From NCBI GenBank assembly GCA_023511615.1, contig JAIMBL010000004.1, positions 11,478-75,477 of the forward strand: DNA of 64,000 bases, read 5' to 3'. Each line of letters begins with the position of its first letter. Positions within the stretch are counted from its first letter, which is position 1. This stretch comes from Leptolyngbyaceae cyanobacterium HOT.MB2.61 (GTDB taxonomy: Bacteria > Cyanobacteriota > Cyanobacteriia > Leptolyngbyales > Leptolyngbyaceae). The translations under genes and the position numbers were made by a program. Of the stretch, positions 9,692 to 20,504 are shown in pieces. The notes below the pieces were generated by a model, which saw only the letters and a list, made by a program, of their open reading frames with translations, made no database searches and was not told the DNA's origin.

Positions 9692-9835
9692 CATAATCCT
9701 TCATGGGGAAATTAGAATAGTCAAAGTTTGTCTGAAAAAATGCAAAGGCTGCAAAGCAAGAAGTCGCTTGTAACTATTCTGCTATTTATTTTGATGAGCG
9801 GGTTTCTTTGCTCATCCTCTACATTCTTCTACCTT

Positions 9836-10435
9836 CTACAAAACGCTGTAGCGCTCTTCTGCCCAGGGTTCACCCCGATGGTGATACCCATTCCGTTCCC
9901 AAAAACCAAGCTCCATGTGATCCAGAAATTCCAGGCCGTTAATCCACTTGGCACTTTTCCAGGCATACAGATGGGGTACCACTAACCGCATCGGTCCTCC
10001 GTGATCGGGTGGTAGTGGTTCACCAAATAGAGTGTGAGCAAAAAAATTCTCCTCCCGCAGGAAGTCATCCATTGAAAGATTAGTTGTGTAGCCACCGTAG
10101 CAATGCTCCATCACATGCATCGCTCTTGGGTCAACGTCAAGGTGGCGTATAAAATCAACCACGCGAACCCCCGTCCACTGCACATCCAGCTTTGACCAGG
10201 TAGTTACACAGTGAAAATCGGCAGTAAAGTCTGTTTGGGGCATTGCCATAAAATCATTCCAGGTAAAGGTTTTGTTTTCTTTGACCAAACCCCAAACCCG
10301 AAATTGCCAGGTGTCCCGACTCACCTGGGGAGTATCGCCATAGGTCAGGACGGGAAAGCCTTTTGTCAGATGTTGACCGGGGGGAACCCGTTCAGCCAAC
10401 TCTTTCCACGGTTTCTGAAAGAATTTACCAGGCAT
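9836..10435 (-). CDS. sulfite-oxidase-like molybdopterin-dependent oxidoreductase
   Basis: Oxidoreductase molybdopterin-binding motifs: FPVLTYGDTP, WQFRVWGLV, DFHCVTTWSKLDVQWTGV, PDHGGPMRLVVPHLYAWKSAKWINGLEF. Start moved to ATG 10435 (MPGKFF..., 199 aa), because the track start at 10555 would overlap the 3' end of rpmF. Confidence 0.8.
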   Translation of the reverse strand: MPGKFFQKPWKELAERVPPGQHLTKGFPVLTYGDTPQVSRDTWQFRVWGLVKENKTFTWNDFMAMPQTDFTADFHCVTTWSKLDVQWTGVRVVDFIRHLDVDPRAMHVMEHCYGGYTTNLSMDDFLREENFFAHTLFGEPLPPDHGGPMRLVVPHLYAWKSAKWINGLEFLDHMELGFWERNGYHHRGEPWAEERYSVL

Positions 10436-10514
10436 CGCTCTGACCTCGCTGCTCCATAAACGGTCGGAAAGATCTGGATAAAGAGCTTGGAACAGGGCTT
10501 TCCGCCCCACCGCT

Positions 10515-10691
10515 CTACTCGTCTTCGTCTTCGTCTTCGTTTTGTGGATAAACAAAACCTTCTGCCCGTCCGGTCAGAATTGACTTGCCAATGGAAAGTG
10601 CCTTCTGTGCCTGGAAGGTTGCTTTCCGCTTCCAGGTTGCCTTGCGCTTGTCACGCTTGGATTTGGAGGTTTTCTTCTTGGGGACTGCCAT
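10515..10691 (-). CDS. rpmF: 50S ribosomal protein L32
   Basis: Hand translation of the minus strand gives [58 protein letters not shown] (58 aa). This is the canonical L32 N-terminus with an acidic tail. It is below the 60-aa cutoff of the supplied ORF track. Confidence 0.9.
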   Translation of the reverse strand: MAVPKKKTSKSKRDKRKATWKRKATFQAQKALSIGKSILTGRAEGFVYPQNEDEDEDE

Positions 10692-10845
10692 TGTAGTGGA
10701 TAATTTTTGACAACCTTTCTATTCTAAAGCATTCTTTTTGGGAATCTCAGCTATTCCTGCCAGGAAAAAGCAAGTTTTTGCAAACCGATGAGCTCCGGCT
10801 CATGATATAAACTACAGTAAATCCATCAGAAAACTGGGGTTTAGG

Positions 10846-11862
10846 ATGGGCATCGTTGTTGAGAATGTATCCAAGCGGTTTGGCAGCTTCAAAGCGGTAG
10901 ACAGCGTCAACCTGGAAATTGAAAGTGGTTCCTTGGTGGCGTTATTAGGACCGTCGGGATCAGGGAAATCAACACTGTTGCGGTTAATTGCAGGGTTAGA
11001 AACTCCCGATGAAGGCAGAATCTTGCTCACCGGAGAAGATGCTACCCATCGCAGCGTTCAAAACCGCGGGATTGGATTTGTGTTTCAACACTATGCGCTG
11101 TTTAAGCACATGACAGTACGTAAGAACATTGCCTTTGCCCTGGAAATCCGGAAAGTACCGCAGGCAAAGGTGAAAGCGCGGGTGGAGGAGTTGCTGGAAC
11201 TGGTGCAGCTAGCGGGGTTGGGCGATCGCTACCCTTCACAGCTTTCTGGAGGACAGCGGCAACGGGTAGCCCTGGCACGGGCACTGGCTGTAGAACCCAA
11301 GGTGTTGTTGCTGGATGAACCCTTTGGAGCGCTGGATGCCAAAGTTCGGAAAGATCTGCGGGCCTGGCTGCGCCGTTTGCACGATGAGGTGCATGTGACA
11401 ACGGTGTTTGTTACCCATGACCAGGAAGAAGCCATGGAAGTGGCAGATGAAATCGTGGTGATGAACAAGGGCAGGGTGGAACAGATTGGAACCCCAGCAG
11501 AGATTTATGACCATCCTGCCAGTGCGTTTGTGATGAGCTTCATTGGTCCCGTGAACGTATTACCCAGCACCTCCCGCATCTTTGAAGCCAACGGGTTTGA
11601 ATCAGCCCATCCAGAAGTATTCCTGCGACCCCAGGATATTCTGGTTGAGACCGCACCTAATAGTTCATCGGTTCCTGCCCGCGTCAGCCGTATCATTCAC
11701 CTGGGTTGGGAAATTCAGGCGGAGCTGACACTGGACGATGGCCAGGTCGTAACGGCCCACCTCACCCGCGATCGCTTCGATGAACTCAATTTGAAACCCC
11801 AACAGCGAGTTTTTGTGAAGCCTAAGGAAGCAAAGGCTTTTCCGCTCTATTACTCCATCTAG
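10846..11862 (+). CDS. cysA: sulfate/thiosulfate ABC transporter ATP-binding protein CysA
   Basis: Walker [11 protein letters not shown]-loop, signature [15 protein letters not shown], Walker [12 protein letters not shown] and a C-terminal TOBE-like regulatory domain. The overall N-terminal sequence is typical of CysA. Confidence 0.85.
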   Translation: MGIVVENVSKRFGSFKAVDSVNLEIESGSLVALLGPSGSGKSTLLRLIAGLETPDEGRILLTGEDATHRSVQNRGIGFVFQHYALFKHMTVRKNIAFALEIRKVPQAKVKARVEELLELVQLAGLGDRYPSQLSGGQRQRVALARALAVEPKVLLLDEPFGALDAKVRKDLRAWLRRLHDEVHVTTVFVTHDQEEAMEVADEIVVMNKGRVEQIGTPAEIYDHPASAFVMSFIGPVNVLPSTSRIFEANGFESAHPEVFLRPQDILVETAPNSSSVPARVSRIIHLGWEIQAELTLDDGQVVTAHLTRDRFDELNLKPQQRVFVKPKEAKAFPLYYSI

Positions 11863-12256
11863 GAGACGGGAACCAGAGCGAGTGAGGAGAGAGGAGGGAG
11901 GTGCGAGGGGCTAGAAGCCAGGAGGTAAGAGGCAGGGACTGGGGCTAGGAGTCACTAACGGCTAGGGGTAGGGTGAAAACCCAAAGCTCATCCACTCCAT
12001 CATCCCTGTTGCCCGTCGCCGGTTGCCCGTCGCCTGGATCAGAACTCAAAACTCACCTCCCTCCAACAACTGTTACCAATTCTTCAAAGTAGGGCTACAG
12101 ATGAACAGACTAGAACCCTCTCAAGCTTCAGTATTTGTCAATCCAAAATCGCAAATCCAAAATCGAGAATTGGTATAAGAACCAACCACTAACAACTCGA
12201 AAACCAAAGGAGGCGGAGGCCCCCTCTGGTTTTTGTAGAGCATCCTGATGAAAAAC

Positions 12257-13240
12257 TTATGCACCGAGCCAGCGAGCGGCGTCCTTGGCGTGATAGGTCA
12301 GAATCAAGTCTGCACCTGACCGCTTAAAACCGGTCAGGGTTTCCATAACGATCCGTTCTTCATCAACCCAGCCATTGAGGGCAGCGGCTTTGATCATGGA
12401 GTATTCGCCAGAGACGTTGTAGGCGGCAACGGGTACGTTGGATGCCTGCTTCACCTGCCAGATGATGTCCATGTAGGCCAGGGCAGGCTTCACCATTAAC
12501 ATATCGGCCCCTTCGGTGAGATCCAGTTCAATTTCCTTAAGGGCTTCGCGGCTGTTGCCGGGGTCCATTTGATAGGTGCGGCGATCGCCAAACTGGGGTG
12601 CAGATTCTGCCGCATCCCGGAATGGGCCATAGTAGGACGAGGCATACTTTGCTGCATAGGACAGGATCGGCGTATCCTGGAACCCGGCAGCATCCAGCCC
12701 TTCCCGAATGGCCTGCACAAAACCATCCATCATGCCCGAGGGTGCAATAATATCGGCCCCCGCTTTTGCCTGGGAAACCGCTGTCTTCTTCAGCAATTCC
12801 AGCGTGGGGTCATTCAACACCCGGCCAGTCAAATCACCCACCTCCAGATAGCCACAGTGACCGTGGGAAGTGTATTCACAGAGGCAGGTATCCGCAATAA
12901 TAATCAGGTCTGGAACTGCTTCCTTCACTGCCGTTGCTGCCTTTTGCACAATGCCGCAATCGTGCCAGGCTCCCGTTGCATCGGTATCTTTATCTTCGGG
13001 GATGCCAAACAGGATGATGGCAGGGATACCCAGGTCATAAACTTCCTTGGCTTCCTCAACAATTTTGTCCACCGAAAGCTGGAACACACCCGGCATTGAT
13101 CGCACTTCATTCGCGATCCCCTGACCTGGAACAGCAAACAAGGGGTAGATCAGATCACTGGTCGTCAAAACAGTTTCACGCACCATGCGGCGAAGCTGCG
13201 GATGGCTACGGAGACGACGGGGACGGTGAGTTGGAAACAT
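12257..13240 (-). CDS. hemB: porphobilinogen synthase (delta-aminolevulinic acid dehydratase)
   Basis: [23 protein letters not shown]..., Schiff-base lysine contexts ([23 protein letters not shown]) and an Asp-rich rather than Cys-rich metal site ([15 protein letters not shown] region). Confidence 0.95.
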   Translation of the reverse strand: MFPTHRPRRLRSHPQLRRMVRETVLTTSDLIYPLFAVPGQGIANEVRSMPGVFQLSVDKIVEEAKEVYDLGIPAIILFGIPEDKDTDATGAWHDCGIVQKAATAVKEAVPDLIIIADTCLCEYTSHGHCGYLEVGDLTGRVLNDPTLELLKKTAVSQAKAGADIIAPSGMMDGFVQAIREGLDAAGFQDTPILSYAAKYASSYYGPFRDAAESAPQFGDRRTYQMDPGNSREALKEIELDLTEGADMLMVKPALAYMDIIWQVKQASNVPVAAYNVSGEYSMIKAAALNGWVDEERIVMETLTGFKRSGADLILTYHAKDAARWLGA

Positions 13241-13451
13241 AGGGTTGCTAAAAGGCTAAAAACTGTAAAGGTCCTCATAACAGGTTGAGAATAGCAGCGA
13301 TCTGTTCACAAAATGGCTAAATCGCCCACTCCCAGGGTTGCTATGCCCTGCGGCTCAGCCCATTGCAGGATCATCGCTTCATCGCTTCTTAAAAGTCTAA
13401 AACGTTCTGTTACCTGACTACTCGCCGATTTCATTACGTTCTGTTGCAATT

Positions 13452-13510
13452 TATAGCAGTCGTGATTGTAGTAGGACGGGGTGCAGGGATGGAACCCCTG
13501 ACTATAGCTA
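13452..13510. repeat. family A repeat, internally deleted copy
   Basis: TATAGCAGTCGTGATTGTAGTAGGACGGGGTGCAGGGATGGAACCCCTGACTATAGCTA retains the left arm and first hairpin of family A. Confidence 0.55.
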
Positions 13511-13537
13511 AAAGCCACAGGCCATAGTGTTTCGCCA

Positions 13538-13626
13538 GGAAAATTTTGACGGGTCGCAGACCCTCAAAATTTAACCCCCATCAACTTCCTGGGTATTCGC
13601 TAACCGTCAAATTCAATTTGACAGAG
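13538..13626. repeat. family D dispersed repeat
   Basis: GGAAAATTTTGACGGGTCGCAGACCCTCAAAATTTAACC...AACCGTCAAATTCAATTTGACAGAG. It is the homologue of 6375-6461. Confidence 0.6.
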
Positions 13627-13631
13627 TACCA

Positions 13632-13678
13632 GGGGCTGAGGGGCTAGGGGTTAGGGGTTAGGGGTTGGGGGTTGGGGG
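13632..13678 (+). repeat. G-rich tandem heptamer array (GGGGYTR)n, potential G-quadruplex
   Basis: GGGGCTGAGGGGCTAGGGGTTAGGGGTTAGGGGTTGGGGGTTGGGGGCT contains seven runs of at least 4 G with 3-nt spacers. It lies in the hemB/pyrG divergent intergenic region. A C-rich tract follows at 13751-13810. Confidence 0.8.
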
Positions 13679-13829
13679 CTAAGAGCTAACAGTCAACAGA
13701 CAGGCGACAGGCAGAGCTAACTCAAAACTCAAAACTTCTATAGTCACTGGCTCCCAGTTCCCAGCCCTTGTTCACCCCTCCCCCCTCCTGCTCCCTACTC
13801 CCTCCCAACCAAACCATGTGGCAGAATGA

Positions 13830-15587
<1,758 letters not shown>

Positions 15588-15636
15588 CAGTGGAATAGGA
15601 TAAGAGTCAGCGATCGTGTTCTAAACCTGTGGTTGT

Positions 15637-15752
15637 TATAGCGGTAGTCGTTGTGGTTAGAACCGGGTGCAGGGGTGGAACCCCTGGCTGGGGGCGAAGC
15701 CCCCACTCCCTTTCTAATTCCAATGTCCTGACGCATTTGTGTAGAGCTATAT
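15637..15752. mobile_element. family A MITE-like repeat
   Basis: TATAGCGGTAGTCGTTGTGGTTAGAACCGGGTGCAGGGGTGGAACCCCTGGCTGGGGGCGAAGCCCCCACTCCC...AATGTCCTGACGC...GTAGAGCTATA. It has two adjacent 6-bp stem-loops (CAGGGG-N5-CCCCTG and TGGGGG-N5-CCCCCA) and lies 50 nt downstream of pyrG. Confidence 0.7.
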
Positions 15753-15865
15753 CTGAGAGCTATATCTGTAGGAACGTTCCAGGGAACTTCCCTACAAACG
15801 TAAACAACATTTCTGGAGTACTACCGAAGGCACCATTGCCAGGGTGGCTCATGTGAGGATGTTCT

Positions 15866-16078
15866 GTGGCTTACTGGATCAAAATCACGTATGACCGAAA
15901 TACGTATGTGATTGACCTGGATCGGGTGACTGCTTTTTGCTATTTGCCCAATGGCAGAATCTCGTTTGCTCTGCTCGATGGCAATACCACAGTCATCGTC
16001 AATCAGCAGAATGACCCAACCGGTTACCAAACCATCCTAGATTATGTCGAAAAGCGTACTGGACAAACATTACCCTAG
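15866..16078 (+). CDS. small hypothetical protein (70 aa)
   Basis: GTG-initiated ORF MAYWIKITYDRNTYVIDLDRVTAFCYLPNGRISFALLDGNTTVIVNQQ... It has protein-like composition and no overlap with other genes. No family was recognised with certainty. Confidence 0.5.
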   Translation: MAYWIKITYDRNTYVIDLDRVTAFCYLPNGRISFALLDGNTTVIVNQQNDPTGYQTILDYVEKRTGQTLP

Positions 16079-16289
16079 GGAAGGATTGGAGGATCGACGG
16101 ATGGATAAGGGAGTTTTGAGTTCTGATCGAGGCAACAAGCTACGTCCACTCTTTGCCATCCCTGAAAAGGGGTTGCGTCCTTCTTCAGTTTCATTTCTGG
16201 ATAGGCTTTAAATTAGGTGTATGACGGTTGCAGATTAAACCCAGATTTTTACCGCAGGATGGGGCAGCAATGCCAGCGAGGGTAAGCCT

Positions 16290-19200
16290 TTGACTGAACA
16301 TCTTCTCAGCTATCCGCTGCGAGCATTTTTGGAAGCCGCGATGGATGCGATGGTGCTGGTTGATACGGCAGCGATCGCGGTTGATGTTAATTTTGCTGCC
16401 TGCGAATTTCTTGGACTTGGTAGGGAAGAAATCATTGGACGGGCGATGGCCGACTTCATTAAATCAGACCCCAATCACCTGCTCCCCTGGCAGGATTCAG
16501 AACTTCAATCCCAATCTACCGGGAAACTCCACCTGAAATGCCTTGATACCTGGCGAGAAGTCAAATACACCTTCACTCCCAATATTTTGCCAGAGCTCAG
16601 CCTGCTGGTCCTGCGAGACGTAACTGAACAGCAGCAGGCAGAACAGACAATTCAGCAACTGAACCAGGAACTGTATCAGCTCAACCGGGAGATAGAGCAA
16701 CAGATTGAGCAACGCATTACAGACCTGCAAACTGCCTATGACCGACTCTATACAGAATTGCAACGACAACGACAAGTTGAACAGACCTTAACCGAAAGCG
16801 AAGCCCGTTATCGCTCACTGGTTGTTGCCACTTCCCAGGCTGTCTGGATTACAGATGCAGAAGGCCTTTCCCTGTCAGTCACTCCTGCCTGGGCAAAATT
16901 AACGGGGCAAACTCTAGACGAGCATCGTGGCTATGGCTGGCTCAATGCCGTTCACCCTGAAGACCGTGAATGGGTTTTGCAAGCGTGGAGGCATGCAGTT
17001 GCTACGCAGACACCCTACGAGGCAGAGTACCGCATCCTAACGGCCAATGGTGAAGTACGGCACATCATTGCTCGTGGAGTGCCGGTACGCTCCCCCAATG
17101 GGCAGGTGCGGGAATGGATCGGCACCAGCACCGATATTACCCAGCGTAAACTGGCGGAAGAAAACCTGCGGCAGAGTGAAGCCAGGCTGGCAGCGGCCCA
17201 GAAAATTGCCCACCTTGGTACCTGGGAATATGACCTCACTACCGGCAAAGCAACCTGGTCAAAAGAACAGTTCCAGATTTATGGGGTGAATTCCGCGGAG
17301 TTTGAGCCCAGCTATCCCGAACTGCTTCAATGGTTCTACCCCGAAGATGGGGAGAGGCTCAGGCAGGCTGTGCAGCAGGCCATTTCCACGGGTACTCCTT
17401 ATATCCTCGACTTGCGACGGTTAAAGCCTGACGGTTCGGTTCAGCACCTTGAAATTCGAGGGCAGACGGTTCTAGACAACCAGGGGCAAGTGATTCGGTT
17501 GTATGGAACGACGCAGGACATTACTGAACGCAAACACCTGGAACAACAGTTGCGATCGCAGGCTGAATACGAATCTTTGATTGGGAAAGTTACGCAACGA
17601 ATTCGCCAATCACTCAATCTAGATGAGATTCTTAACAAAACTGTCAACGAAGTGCGGCAATTGCTGCAAGCGGATCGGGTGCTGATCTACCGGATTGCAT
17701 CCGATAAGGCTGGTTTTGTGATTACAGAAGCGGTTGCGAATAATTGCCCTTCCATCATCGGACAGGTATTGTCCTCCGAAATTTTTCCGGCAGGGTGCCG
17801 CCAGCTCTATCAGCGGGGGCAGGTTCGGGCTGTCATGGACATTGAACAGGATGGGCTTTCTCCCTGTCTGGTCGATTCTCTGCATCAGTTAGGCGTGAAA
17901 GCCAAAATTGTCGTTCCCATCCTCTGCCATACAGAAACTTCTGGCGAACCACTGGAAAGCCTTTGGGGCCTTCTTATTGCCCATCAATGCTCGACACCCC
18001 GACAGTGGCAACCCACCGAAGTGGAGCTATTGAAGCAGCTAGCAGGCCAGGTGGGAATTGCAATTCAGCAGGCTGAGCTTTATCACCAGGTGCAGCAACT
18101 CAATTCTGATCTGGAAAAGGAAGTGGAAAAGCGCACCAATCAACTTCAGCAAGCCTACGAGTTTGAATCAACGCTGAAGCGAATTACCGATAAGGTGCGT
18201 GACTCACTAGATGAAAATCAGATTTTGCAGAGTGCTGTGGAGGAATTGGCGCGGGTACTTAGCATTCGCTGTTGTAATGCAGCATTGTTTGACTTTAATT
18301 TGGGAACCTCCACCATCTACTACGAGTACACTAACGGAGCAGATGTTCCCTCCCACGGGCGCGTATCCAAAATTGTTGATTTCCCAGAGATTTACAGCCA
18401 GATTCTGCTGGGCCAGCACTTCCAGTTTTGCTCATTGGTGCCCAATCCCAGACGGGGGCGAGCAGCCATGCTTTGTTGCCCCATTTTTGATGACCAGGGA
18501 GTGTTAGGCGATTTATGGCTGGTGAACCAGGCCGACTATAGTTTTAGCGAACAGGACATTCGACTGGTGCAACAGGTCGCTAACCAGTGTGCGATCGCTC
18601 TGCGGCAGGCTCGTCTGTACCAGGCAGCCCAGGCCCAGGTTCAAGAACTGGAAAGGCTCAACCAGCTAAAAGATGATTTCCTCAGCACCGTTTCCCACGA
18701 ACTGCGCACCCCCATGTCCAACATCAAGATGGCAACTCAGATGCTGGAAATTGCGCTCAAAGAGGAAACCGGAATTCGAGGCCAGAAGTCCAAAACAGGA
18801 AAGAATCCTCTTCCAAAAGTCGCCCACTACCTGACCATTCTCAAAGATGAATGTCAGCGTGAGATCAATCTGATTAACGATCTGCTCGACCTTTCCCGTC
18901 TGGATGATGGAAACGTATCCCTAAACCCAACCCAAGTTAACCTTAAACCCTGGCTCATTCATCTGATAGAGCCCTTTGTGGAACGCGCCCAAAGTCAACA
19001 ACAGCAGCTCAAGATTAATATTCCTGATCATCTGCCTGTGCTTATCACTGATGTAACCTACCTGGAGCGGTTGCTAAGCGAATTACTAACTAATGCTTGC
19101 AAATACACTCCAGCTAGAGAACAAATTGAAGTTAGTGTGGAGAAGAAAGAAGGTCACAGAATGAAGGGTAGCAGTTCCCTTCCAATTCTTTCCCTTCCTC

Positions 19201-19448
19201 CCTTGCTCCAGATTTGCATCACCAATACAGGGGTTGAAATCCCTGAACACGAGCGTGATCGCATCTTTGAAAAGTTCTACCGCATTCCCAGCAACGACCC
19301 CTGGAAGCACGGTGGCACAGGTTTGGGGCTGGCGCTGGTGAAGAAATTGGCAGAACGGCTGGGCGGAGATATTGAGCTAGAAAGTGGCACAGGGCGAACG
19401 ACGTTTAAGCTGCGATTGCCTATGGTGCTTCCTTCACTTGAACAGTAG
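16290..19448 (+). CDS. multi-sensor PAS/GAF signal-transduction histidine kinase
   Basis: 1052 aa with several PAS/PAC modules (e.g. WITDAEG...NAVHPEDRE, WEYDLTTGKATWSKEQFQIYG...) and coiled-coil linkers. There are two GAF domains (ADRVLIYRI..., LGDLWLVNQ...). H-box FLSTVSHELRTPMSNI, N-box LLTNACKYT and G2 GGTGLGLALVKKL are present. TTG start at 16290; an alternative ATG lies at 16341. Confidence 0.9.
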   Translation: MTEHLLSYPLRAFLEAAMDAMVLVDTAAIAVDVNFAACEFLGLGREEIIGRAMADFIKSDPNHLLPWQDSELQSQSTGKLHLKCLDTWREVKYTFTPNILPELSLLVLRDVTEQQQAEQTIQQLNQELYQLNREIEQQIEQRITDLQTAYDRLYTELQRQRQVEQTLTESEARYRSLVVATSQAVWITDAEGLSLSVTPAWAKLTGQTLDEHRGYGWLNAVHPEDREWVLQAWRHAVATQTPYEAEYRILTANGEVRHIIARGVPVRSPNGQVREWIGTSTDITQRKLAEENLRQSEARLAAAQKIAHLGTWEYDLTTGKATWSKEQFQIYGVNSAEFEPSYPELLQWFYPEDGERLRQAVQQAISTGTPYILDLRRLKPDGSVQHLEIRGQTVLDNQGQVIRLYGTTQDITERKHLEQQLRSQAEYESLIGKVTQRIRQSLNLDEILNKTVNEVRQLLQADRVLIYRIASDKAGFVITEAVANNCPSIIGQVLSSEIFPAGCRQLYQRGQVRAVMDIEQDGLSPCLVDSLHQLGVKAKIVVPILCHTETSGEPLESLWGLLIAHQCSTPRQWQPTEVELLKQLAGQVGIAIQQAELYHQVQQLNSDLEKEVEKRTNQLQQAYEFESTLKRITDKVRDSLDENQILQSAVEELARVLSIRCCNAALFDFNLGTSTIYYEYTNGADVPSHGRVSKIVDFPEIYSQILLGQHFQFCSLVPNPRRGRAAMLCCPIFDDQGVLGDLWLVNQADYSFSEQDIRLVQQVANQCAIALRQARLYQAAQAQVQELERLNQLKDDFLSTVSHELRTPMSNIKMATQMLEIALKEETGIRGQKSKTGKNPLPKVAHYLTILKDECQREINLINDLLDLSRLDDGNVSLNPTQVNLKPWLIHLIEPFVERAQSQQQQLKINIPDHLPVLITDVTYLERLLSELLTNACKYTPAREQIEVSVEKKEGHRMKGSSSLPILSLPPLLQICITNTGVEIPEHERDRIFEKFYRIPSNDPWKHGGTGLGLALVKKLAERLGGDIELESGTGRTTFKLRLPMVLPSLEQ

Positions 19449-19917
19449 CAGTCGCCTGAATAGGCTGACCATTATGGACCAGAGTCTCATGGGCATTGGT
19501 ATTCAACGTGACTCGAATTTTGTGCTCACCAGGAGGCAAGACACCCAGGTAATACCAGTTGCTGTAGAGACGGGTGATTTTCCTATCATCAATGTAGAGG
19601 TGAGCATGCCCTTCATGAAAGCTGCCTTTAGTATTCACACGCTCAGGCGCAAACACGAAATTGGTAGTTTGAAGCTCCAGATTCCATCCCTTCAGTGCAT
19701 CGGGGTGCACAATCAACTGCACAGTAGGAACAGGCTGTCCTGGAGGAATTTCAGCCGTAGAATGACGATGAGGAGCCTCACCCTGGTGAGGTGTTCCCAG
19801 CCTATCGTGGGCATATAGTGGGGGGTGAGGAGGAAAAAGATCCGCGATCGCAACAGTTGGAACCCATAGTATACCACCCGCCAGTATCCTGACTAGCCCC
19901 CAGCCTTTTTGCATCAT
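19420..19917 (-). CDS. secreted His-rich hypothetical protein, likely co-transcribed with petJ
   Basis: Sec-type signal (ILAGGILWVPTVAIA/D), a His-rich stretch (HPPLYAHDRLGTPHQGEAPHRH) and a beta-rich C-terminal part with the EGHAHLYIDD motif. It starts 40 nt downstream of petJ on the same strand and overlaps the 3' end of the convergent kinase gene by 29 nt. Confidence 0.6.
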   Translation of the reverse strand: MMQKGWGLVRILAGGILWVPTVAIADLFPPHPPLYAHDRLGTPHQGEAPHRHSTAEIPPGQPVPTVQLIVHPDALKGWNLELQTTNFVFAPERVNTKGSFHEGHAHLYIDDRKITRLYSNWYYLGVLPPGEHKIRVTLNTNAHETLVHNGQPIQATATVQVKEAP

Positions 19918-19957
19918 CCCTTACTCTTTCCTCCAGATGTTGACCAGGGTGCAATTG

Positions 19958-20293
19958 CTACTTCCAGCCCTTTGAAGACTGATCCAGCACGTAGGCTGCC
20001 ACAGCTTCAATTTGCTCATCCGTTAGCCGTCCCTTAAATGAGGGCATTGCGTTTTTGCCATTTTTGACCTGATTAATGATGGCATCCGCAGAGTCCATGC
20101 CAAACTGTTTCAAGGTTTCGGCTTTGAGGGTTTTACTGGCTAACACCACATTGCCCCCGTTCACGTGGCAGGCAGCACAGTTGGAACTAAAAACTTTGGC
20201 ACCGAGGGCCACATCTGCAGCAAGAACAGGACGGGCAAAAGTCAGGATCAGAAGGGCGATCATCCCAATCGTCAATGACAGAATGCTTTTCAT
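19958..20293 (-). CDS. petJ: cytochrome c6
   Basis: Signal peptide followed by [25 protein letters not shown] (CxxCH haem site), and the Met ligand context [20 protein letters not shown]. The length of 111 aa is typical of pre-cytochrome c6. Confidence 0.9.
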   Translation of the reverse strand: MKSILSLTIGMIALLILTFARPVLAADVALGAKVFSSNCAACHVNGGNVVLASKTLKAETLKQFGMDSADAIINQVKNGKNAMPSFKGRLTDEQIEAVAAYVLDQSSKGWK

Positions 20294-20504
20294 GAGTACT
20301 CTTTCTATTCAACGAATCGGCAGAACATTTTTCATTTTGAGAAGCGTGTACCCCTAAGTCAAAAGACAGGCTGTCGAAGATTTTTGTAGCGGTATGCAAC
20401 GAGGAGATTGCTTGCTATTATCTATCTCTAGACCCGGCAGATGTTTATGCAGCATCTCCGCTGGAATGATAGAGTCTACCTGAGAGGCTCTTGAGGTATT
20501 AACA

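Noticed and set aside
9728-9985. 85-aa TTG-initiated plus-strand ORF
   Set aside because: Its second half is antisense to the 3' end of the molybdopterin oxidoreductase gene and its first half lies in repeat-adjacent spacer.
10436-10555. Upstream extension of the molybdopterin oxidoreductase ORF ([16 protein letters not shown]...)
   Set aside because: It overlaps the 3' end of rpmF in another frame. The KTKTKT stretch is the out-of-frame reading of the acidic L32 tail. ATG 10435 gives a typical ~200-aa protein.
12200-12235. Terminator-like AAAACCAAAGGAGGCGGAGGCCCCCTCTGGTTTTT downstream of hemB
   Set aside because: The stem can only be drawn with mismatches or bulges, so it is too weak to list as a feature. 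It remains a possible bidirectional terminator.
12569-13099. 176-aa plus-strand ORF
   Set aside because: It is antisense to hemB.
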